NCBI GenBank assembly: GCA_038243585.1
Contig: JBBSQY010000009.1
Span: forward strand, 25,076 to 89,075
Origin: Candidatus Sumerlaeales bacterium
Lineage (GTDB): Bacteria > Sumerlaeota > Sumerlaeia > Sumerlaeales > Sumerlaeaceae
Reading direction: 5' to 3'
DNA length: 64,000 nucleotides
Shown: positions 57,710-64,000 of the stretch, piece after piece
How positions within the stretch are numbered: position 1 is the stretch's first letter
How the letters are laid out: each line of letters begins with the position of its first letter
Notes under the pieces: model-generated
Database searches by the model: none
Told to the model about the DNA's origin: nothing
What the model saw: the letters and a program-made list of their open reading frames with translations, nothing else
Program-made: the position numbers and the translations under genes

Positions 57710-59344
57710 CTAACTGATTATACCGACAGGAGAAACCATTTCGCCCGCAGCACCTTGAGAGGCCAATCCTGCAGATTCCTCTTCTCCCTTAAGGAGATAA
57801 TACTCGATGCTGTCCGTCAGCGCGCGATAGCTAGCCTCGACCACGTCTTCACTCACGCCGACGGTCGTCCAAATGTTGACGCCATCCGTGCTTTCTATCA
57901 GCACGCGGACCCGCGCCGCAGTGGCAGCCTGGGCGTTTAAAACTCGCACTTTAAAGTCGATCAGATGGACATTGTCCAGAGTCGGATAATCATGGATCAG
58001 GGCTTTCCGGAGCGCGCGATCCATGGCATTTACAGGTCCATCACCCTCCGCCACCATATGGCGATCTTCGCCATTAACCCGGAGTTTTACAATGGCCTCG
58101 GCCAGACTTTTAGTTCCGTTGCGCGATGTGGTGACACGGAATCCAGTGAGATCAAAAAATTCGCGGCTCCTGCCCTGGGCCTTTTTTACGAGAAGCTCAA
58201 AGCTGGCTTCGGCGCTCTCAAATTGATATCCTATGGATTCGAGATCCTTGATCTGTTTCACGATTTCGGCGGCGTGGGCGCTGGTGTCGTCCAGATCGAT
58301 GCCCAGTTCTTTCGCTTTATACTTCACGTTACTCTGGCCGCTCATCTCGCTCACAAGAACGCGCCGACTGTTGCCAACGGTCTCCGGCGGGATGTGTTCG
58401 TAAGTTGCCGGATTACGCTGAACGGCGCTCACGTGAATGCCGCCCTTGTGCGCAAACACTGTTTGACCGACATACGGCTGGCGAGGATCGGGAGCCAGGT
58501 TGGCTACCTCGGCCACGAAATGGGACAATGGCGTAAGATCCGGTAATTTCCCCGACTGCATGCATCGCTTTCCGTATTTCAGTTCAAGATTCGGAATAAC
58601 CTGGATCAGGTCTGCGTTCCCACAGCGCTCTCCATACCCGTTCACCGTGCCCTGTACGTGGACAGCGCCATTGATTACGGCCATGCACGTATTGATCACG
58701 CCCATTCCACAATCGTTATGGGCATGGATTCCGAGGGGACAGGGGATGGCCTGCCGAACGGCCGCCATGATTTCCGCCATCTCCGTCGGCATCGTTCCGC
58801 CATTCGTATCGCAAAGCACCACCACGTCCGCGCCGGCATCAGCAGCGGCTTTCAGGGTTTGCAACGCATAGGCGGGATTGGCCTTGTATCCATCAAAGAA
58901 GTGTTCGCAATCGTAGACCACTTCGCGGTCCCGGCTTTTCAGGTAGGCGACAGATTCCCCAATCATGGCGACATTTTCATCTTCCGAAACCCGTAGGGCC
59001 TCGCGCACGTGCAGGTCCCAGGTTTTTCCGAAGATGGTGACCACCGGGGTGTCCGCCTGGATCAGGGTGTTTAACTGGGCATCGTCCTCCGCTTTTACGC
59101 CCTTGCGGCGGGTGCTTCCGAAAGCCGCAAGGCGTGCGTGCTGAAGGGGAGTGGTTTTCATCTTTTCAAAAAATTGCAAAGCTTTCGGATTTGAGCCAGG
59201 CCACCCGCCCTCGATGTAGTCCATGCCGAATTCATCCAGGCGATGGGCAATGCGGAGTTTGTCATCCAGAGAATAGCTGATGAACTCGCCCTGCTCGCCA
59301 TCGCGAAGGGTCGTATCGTATAAAAAGACGTCTTTGGAACTCAT
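57710..59344 (-). CDS. cimA: Citramalate synthase
   Basis: DTTLRDGEQ, IEGGWPGSNPK, GKTWDLHV, EHFFDGY, HAHND, HKGGIH; LeuA-type regulatory domain. Confidence 0.93.
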   Translation of the reverse strand: MSSKDVFLYDTTLRDGEQGEFISYSLDDKLRIAHRLDEFGMDYIEGGWPGSNPKALQFFEKMKTTPLQHARLAAFGSTRRKGVKAEDDAQLNTLIQADTPVVTIFGKTWDLHVREALRVSEDENVAMIGESVAYLKSRDREVVYDCEHFFDGYKANPAYALQTLKAAADAGADVVVLCDTNGGTMPTEMAEIMAAVRQAIPCPLGIHAHNDCGMGVINTCMAVINGAVHVQGTVNGYGERCGNADLIQVIPNLELKYGKRCMQSGKLPDLTPLSHFVAEVANLAPDPRQPYVGQTVFAHKGGIHVSAVQRNPATYEHIPPETVGNSRRVLVSEMSGQSNVKYKAKELGIDLDDTSAHAAEIVKQIKDLESIGYQFESAEASFELLVKKAQGRSREFFDLTGFRVTTSRNGTKSLAEAIVKLRVNGEDRHMVAEGDGPVNAMDRALRKALIHDYPTLDNVHLIDFKVRVLNAQAATAARVRVLIESTDGVNIWTTVGVSEDVVEASYRALTDSIEYYLLKGEEESAGLASQGAAGEMVSPVGIIS

Positions 59345-59505
59345 GAGAAAACCTTCTGGTTTAAGCGAACCGTGGTCGCAACAGTGGGTGATTTACACAG
59401 ATAAAACAAAAAAGGGAGGAAAGTCAAAGCCCGGAAATCGGGAAGTGCGTCAGGCCCTGCGGGTACACAGGAAAGGCATTATGAACAGGCCGCGAAAGCG
59501 CGCGA

Positions 59506-59565
59506 TCACTGAACCCGCGAGGGCTCAATAATTCGGTTAATAGAAATGATTAGATGCGAGGTCAT
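59506..59565 (-). promoter_or_regulatory. Candidate Ile-rich leader peptide upstream of cimA
   Basis: MTSHLIISINRIIEPSRVQ*, 5 Ile of 19 residues; 3' end overlaps an 11-bp stem. Confidence 0.4.
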
Positions 59566-59676
59566 TTGATTCGTCTTACCGAGAATTTGCCACTTCATTC
59601 CATCTGAAATCAACAGAAAACAAGTAACGAATCGCGCATGCGCAGTCTGGGAGAAAAGTTTATGGTCTGTGCTCTG

Positions 59677-59699
59677 GGAGCGCGGGCGTCTCGCCCGCG
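59677..59699 (+). repeat. REP-like palindrome with GGAG foot
   Basis: GGAG-CGCGGGCG-TCT-CGCCCGCG. Confidence 0.55.
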
Positions 59700-59852
59700 T
59701 AAACAAAAGTGGACAAGTCAAACGCCGCGAAGCTGAAAAAAATCCTGGCCCTCAAGACAAAACATTCCGCTTAAATGCAGGATTATCGTCGGCTACCGCA
59801 GCGGCCGGCCAGACCAGCCGTCAGTTCGGCAGTCTAACAAGCACCGCACCCT

Positions 59853-60653
59853 TTACTGGTTCCGCGCCGGGTCATCCGATAAAAACTCCCGCTGCCCGGC
59901 CATCCAGATTCCGCCCGCTACGCAGACGATGATGATAACCAACAGGGTAATAAGTGCTTCCACTTCGGTAATCGGCACCTGTTCAATCAGCTTCTGTGCG
60001 AAGCTTGCTTCCTTTTCCTCCTTGTGAGTGGCCAGGGCCTGCATCTGCTGGGTGATGGAAATTCGCTGGAAGAAGCCAGGACCGTATTCCGGAATCAGTT
60101 CCCACATATAGGCGATAAGCAAGCCGTACACAAGAGGTCGCTTGGTAAGTACCGACAGAAGAAAACCCAGGGAAGAAAACGCTATGGCGGCCAGGGCCAG
60201 CGCGCGCCAGTCCCACAGAAGCACGGGCAGGTTTTCCGCCAGTCCGCCTGCGGGAGCATTGTAATATGCGTAGAGATAAACTGCCCCGACACCCAGAAAC
60301 GCCATGATAATCAGCCAGAGCCAGGAACCTACCACCTTGCAGAAAATCAGGAATCCCCGGTGACGAGGGCGGGTCCAAAGGTAAACTAAAGTCTTACCCT
60401 CAATTTCGTCCGTCAGCGCGCCGGTGCCCCAGAACAACGCAACAAATGGAATCAAAATTGACCCCAGGGCCACAGTGACAAACTTCTGATAAAAGTTCTC
60501 GTAAAAATCCGCCTTTTCAGGAGTACCCAAAATGGCAGCCACACCGACTATGACGACCGGAAAGAGCATGAGCGCCACTGTGATCCATCGACGCTTGCGG
60601 TTCCACACCTGGTAAAGGCTCAATTTCCACGTGGCAGCTATCAGGTTAATCAT
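59853..60653 (-). CDS. ABC-2 type permease
   Basis: About 6 TM helices, DEIEGKTLVYLWTRP motif; 4-nt overlap with the ATPase gene. Confidence 0.88.
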   Translation of the reverse strand: MINLIAATWKLSLYQVWNRKRRWITVALMLFPVVIVGVAAILGTPEKADFYENFYQKFVTVALGSILIPFVALFWGTGALTDEIEGKTLVYLWTRPRHRGFLIFCKVVGSWLWLIIMAFLGVGAVYLYAYYNAPAGGLAENLPVLLWDWRALALAAIAFSSLGFLLSVLTKRPLVYGLLIAYMWELIPEYGPGFFQRISITQQMQALATHKEEKEASFAQKLIEQVPITEVEALITLLVIIIVCVAGGIWMAGQREFLSDDPARNQ

Positions 60654-61648
60654 GATTGATCCACCAGGTAATGAAAAATAGCATCCAGGTTTTCGTCCAT
60701 GGCTTCGATGGCGTTAATTTCCACGCGCTTTTCCACCACCGCTTTTTGCAGGGCTTCCAGGACGGTGTCGGGTTGGGTGGATCGCACAGTCAGGGTTTGC
60801 GGTGCAGATTCCGAGGCTGCGGTCGCGTATGTTGCGCCTGCGGAAGTGAAGTCGATGGATGTTACCGATTCCAGCCCGACGATGAAGCTGGCCGTTAACC
60901 GAGGCTGCGGAGAAGCGATCCGCAGCGTGAGCGGCTGACGTTCGATAAGCGATCGGACTTCACTGATTTCTCCTTCCGCCAACACGCGTCCCCGGTGCAG
61001 CATGATCATGTGCCGGGTCAGGTTTTCTATCTCATGCAGAATGTGGCTGGAAACGATCACAGATCGGCCTTCCGCGGCCAATTGCCGAAAGATCTCCAGC
61101 ATCTCAATTCGGCCTATGGGGTCAAGGCCGTTGAGAGGTTCGTCAAGCACGATAAGCTTCGGGTCATGAATGAGAGCAGCGGCCAGCCGGATGCGCTGGC
61201 GCATTCCTTTGGAATAGCCTTTGATGAGGCGGTGGGAGTGCTGCCCCATGCTGACCCGGTCAAGTTGCGTGGCAGAACGCTTAACGGATTCCGCTTTGGA
61301 GAATCCGGCCAGTCGGCCCGTTAGCTCAACAAATTCCCGGCCAGTCATTTCTTCATAAAGCTGTTCGGAGTCGGGGCAGAACCCCATCACGCGGTACGCG
61401 TCGAGGTTGGTCCAGGGGTCCATGCCAAACACCTGAACGGTGCCGCGGCTGGGCTGCAACTGGCCCGTCAACATTTTCAGGAAGGTGCTTTTGCCAGCGC
61501 CGTTTGGGCCCAGAAGCCCCGTGATGCCGAGCGGAATTTGAAGGCTGACCTGGTTCAGGCCGATGACATCGCCATACCATTTGCTGGCCTCCGTCATCTC
61601 GGCCACTATGGGCGTATCGGCAGTGGGAGACGGCGGAATATCGCTCAT
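60650..61648 (-). CDS. ABC transporter ATP-binding protein
   Basis: GPNGAGKST, YSKGMRQR, LDEP, SSH. Confidence 0.95.
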   Translation of the reverse strand: MSDIPPSPTADTPIVAEMTEASKWYGDVIGLNQVSLQIPLGITGLLGPNGAGKSTFLKMLTGQLQPSRGTVQVFGMDPWTNLDAYRVMGFCPDSEQLYEEMTGREFVELTGRLAGFSKAESVKRSATQLDRVSMGQHSHRLIKGYSKGMRQRIRLAAALIHDPKLIVLDEPLNGLDPIGRIEMLEIFRQLAAEGRSVIVSSHILHEIENLTRHMIMLHRGRVLAEGEISEVRSLIERQPLTLRIASPQPRLTASFIVGLESVTSIDFTSAGATYATAASESAPQTLTVRSTQPDTVLEALQKAVVEKRVEINAIEAMDENLDAIFHYLVDQS

Positions 61649-62568
61649 TTAACCACCTCCACAACCCGAAGATTTTTACGCAGAAGAGACAGAAAGACTG
61701 CCAAATAGGCAACTATCGAGGCAACGCTGGCAGTGAGAGACAAGGCTCCGGTATCTACGGAACTCTTGATGTTCCCCATATCCGGGCTCAGCAGCGCCCG
61801 CCCGATCACGTCCATGGAATGAAGCGGGGAAAGCGAAAGTAGAGCGCTTATGCCCGAACTGGAAGCAAGCAGAGGTATCACCTTTTCCAGCAGCACAAAA
61901 AAGCAGAGAAAAGCCACGCCGGCCACCCGGGCCGATTTCGCCATGGATGAAATGCTGGCCATAATCGCGGCGATAAAACCGCAAAGTATGACAGCGTAGA
62001 CCGCAGCCATAAAAAACGCCGGCAGTTCCGTAAGCAAAGCCGATGGCGGCAGATAGTAGGCGATAAATTGGAGGCCGATAATCCACTGGCAGAGCAGCAT
62101 GGCAGCCAGAGGGATGACCGCTATACCCAGAATCTTTCCGACCGTGTAGTGCCATGGCTTCAGCGGACGGCTGAAATAAAGAGGGAACGCGTTGTAGCGA
62201 CGGTCGCTGCTGATCGCGCCCGCCCCCGCGATGAGGACAAGCAGCCAGAGAAGACCCTTAAGCGGCTGCATGACGACGTAGAAGATTGTGCCCAGTTCAA
62301 GATTGGCGTCAAAAATAGGCAATCTCTCGCGGCGAACCGTGCGCATGGCGTCCTGGGTGTTTTTCTCGCTCATGTGCTCGCTTACCTTGGCGGAAACGAT
62401 AAAGCCAACGCTGAGGCCCCCGAGGTACAGGATGAACAAACCGATGATGATCCAGACAAGTTTTCTGCGGAGAATGGGACGAAACGTAAACCACGCCACC
62501 GGCCACCAGAGAGCTTTCAGATGCCGTTCGCCGGTATAGCGCCGGAAGCTTTGGTCATAGATGGGCAT
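61645..62568 (-). CDS. ABC-2 type permease
   Basis: MPIYDQSFR start, D.R..A.PLYFSRP motif, TM helices. Confidence 0.88.
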   Translation of the reverse strand: MPIYDQSFRRYTGERHLKALWWPVAWFTFRPILRRKLVWIIIGLFILYLGGLSVGFIVSAKVSEHMSEKNTQDAMRTVRRERLPIFDANLELGTIFYVVMQPLKGLLWLLVLIAGAGAISSDRRYNAFPLYFSRPLKPWHYTVGKILGIAVIPLAAMLLCQWIIGLQFIAYYLPPSALLTELPAFFMAAVYAVILCGFIAAIMASISSMAKSARVAGVAFLCFFVLLEKVIPLLASSSGISALLSLSPLHSMDVIGRALLSPDMGNIKSSVDTGALSLTASVASIVAYLAVFLSLLRKNLRVVEVVK

Positions 62569-63496
62569 TGCCGAGTTCTCCCACCGCTTTCACAAATATG
62601 TCTTCCAGCCGTTCGCGCCGCTGTTCCATCCGCCGAATAAGCGTTTCGCACTGCTGGGCCGTTTCAAACAGCACATGAGTGTCGCCTTCGCCGGCCGGAA
62701 AAGTCACAACCACTGAGCCATCATCTCTCGAAGCGGCGTTAACGCCTTTTTGCTCGAGAGCCTGGATAAAATTTGTATGAGAATCACGCAGGCGCACCAG
62801 GTAGATTACTGGAGCATCGGCCTTGGAAACGTTTGAGGCGGCTCCGCGCACCTCTTTGCTCACCACCCGGCCGTTTCCAAGCACGATTATCTGGTCGGCC
62901 ACGCTTTCCACATCATGCAACAGGTGGCTGCACAGGATCACCGCCATGCCTTTATTGTGGCCGAGATCATTGACCAGTTCCAGCATCTCTTTACGGCCTT
63001 CTGGATCCATACCGTTGGTGGGCTCGTCCAGCAGCAGCAGGGCTGGATCGTGAACAATGGCCTGCGCGAGTTTCGCGCGCTGCTTCATGCCCAGGCTATA
63101 GGTCTCCAGGTTCCGATAACGGCTCTCGCCCAGACCGACATACTGGAGGACTTCGTGGGCGCGTTCCATGGCGGCTTCGAGAGGCAACCCAGAAAGCTGA
63201 CCCATATAAGCAACAAACTGAACCGTGCTCATGCCAGGGATAAAGGATTCCGTTTCAGGCATATAGCCCACCCGGCTTCGAACCTGCATGGCGCTGGCCG
63301 GCAGGGGAAGATCAAAAACGGAAACCGTGCCCCCGAGCGGCTTCAAAAATCCCATAAGGGTTTTAAGCAGCGTGCTTTTTCCTGCGCCATTGGGGCCTAG
63401 CAGACCGGCAACGCCCGTATCGAAGTCCAGCGTAATGTCTCGCAGCACCGCCTTTGAGCCATAGCCCACGTCGAGGTTTTCCAGATGAATCAGCAC
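62555..63496 (-). CDS. ABC transporter ATP-binding protein
   Basis: GPNGAGKST, YSLGMKQR, LDEPTNG, CSH. Confidence 0.95.
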   Translation of the reverse strand: MLIHLENLDVGYGSKAVLRDITLDFDTGVAGLLGPNGAGKSTLLKTLMGFLKPLGGTVSVFDLPLPASAMQVRSRVGYMPETESFIPGMSTVQFVAYMGQLSGLPLEAAMERAHEVLQYVGLGESRYRNLETYSLGMKQRAKLAQAIVHDPALLLLDEPTNGMDPEGRKEMLELVNDLGHNKGMAVILCSHLLHDVESVADQIIVLGNGRVVSKEVRGAASNVSKADAPVIYLVRLRDSHTNFIQALEQKGVNAASRDDGSVVVTFPAGEGDTHVLFETAQQCETLIRRMEQRRERLEDIFVKAVGELGNAHL

Positions 63497-63502
63497 AGGT
63501 GA

Positions 63503-64000
63503 TTAATCAACCTGCTCAAGTGACGTTTTATTGAAACGGCGAGTGTATTGCCGACCTGGTTCGAAAGTGTATTTAAACTGAGCGTTCATCAGCGTAATTG
63601 GCGAGTAGTCGTTCGTCGAGGCGTTGGCGCTGAGGTCATAACGGGCGGGTTTAATCCGTAGCGTTCGTTTTTCTCCCGGCACCAGAATAGCTGATATGAC
63701 TTCGCCGTTGTCTTCCGGCGTCAAAGACAAAGTCACAACCGCATCCTTCAAATCGTTCACAATGGCAACCGAGGCATACGGCCCGGCGGCTTCGGAAACA
63801 TTAAAGAAAGCGGCAGCCCGAGGGGATTCGTGGGCCGGGGTTTGCTTGGTGAAAACAACTTTCGGTTCGGGAGTGGCCCTGAACGGCGGGGGAGTATTTT
63901 GGGACCGGACAGACCTGTCCGGTATTTCCGACTCATCCGACCTGTCCACTTGGATTTCTGTCGATTCCGATGAACTCCCTTTGCTAAAAGCGTTTGCCAG
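63503..64000 (-). CDS. Hypothetical protein, 5'-partial
   Basis: Frame stays open to the window edge; ends 6 nt before the ABC operon; beta-sandwich-like C-terminus. Confidence 0.65.
   Translation of the reverse strand: MANAFSKGSSSESTEIQVDRSDESEIPDRSVRSQNTPPPFRATPEPKVVFTKQTPAHESPRAAAFFNVSEAAGPYASVAIVNDLKDAVVTLSLTPEDNGEVISAILVPGEKRTLRIKPARYDLSANASTNDYSPITLMNAQFKYTFEPGRQYTRRFNKTSLEQVD

Noticed and set aside
59420..59525. Possible SRP RNA, 6S RNA or c-di-GMP riboswitch (stem with a GAAA tetraloop on the + strand)
   Set aside because: Conserved signature sequences of these RNAs are absent; a plus-strand sRNA cannot be fully excluded
1..64000. CRISPR array, tRNA/rRNA, prophage, integrase or IS element
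   Set aside because: No repeat-spacer periodicity, cloverleaf, phage or transposase motifs seen; intergenic gaps are short

Overview
A gene-dense, mostly housekeeping window from a diderm bacterium (lnt, LPS heptosyltransferase). It holds about 47 CDSs: DNA/RNA metabolism (uvrA partial, SRAP, pnp, recJ, DEAD-box helicase, HU/IHF), metabolism (gltB, folD, cimA, GH51), envelope/secretion (GT39, GT2/GT9/GT4, lnt, PilB/GspE ATPase, D-Ala-D-Ala dipeptidase, four-gene ABC exporter), two tandem-FHA proteins and a DUF4011-type SF1 helicase-nuclease. I saw no rRNA, tRNA, CRISPR array, prophage or transposase. From memory, the C-termini of two secreted proteins resemble those of Candidatus Sumerlaeota (BRC1); this is unverified. 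Best leads: (1) a recurrent D-x-x-[S/T]-[S/T] motif, arrayed in the tail of the GT39 glycosyltransferase and recurring in exported proteins, a candidate O-glycosylation sequon; (2) short C-terminal tags on secreted proteins, candidate sorting signals; (3) an Ile-rich uORF plus overlapping stem upstream of cimA, a candidate attenuator; (4) an Hhe-like helicase with a degenerate nuclease; (5) an orphan dinJ remnant; (6) REP-like and purine-rich intergenic repeats. All calls come from reading motifs by eye; no searches were run.
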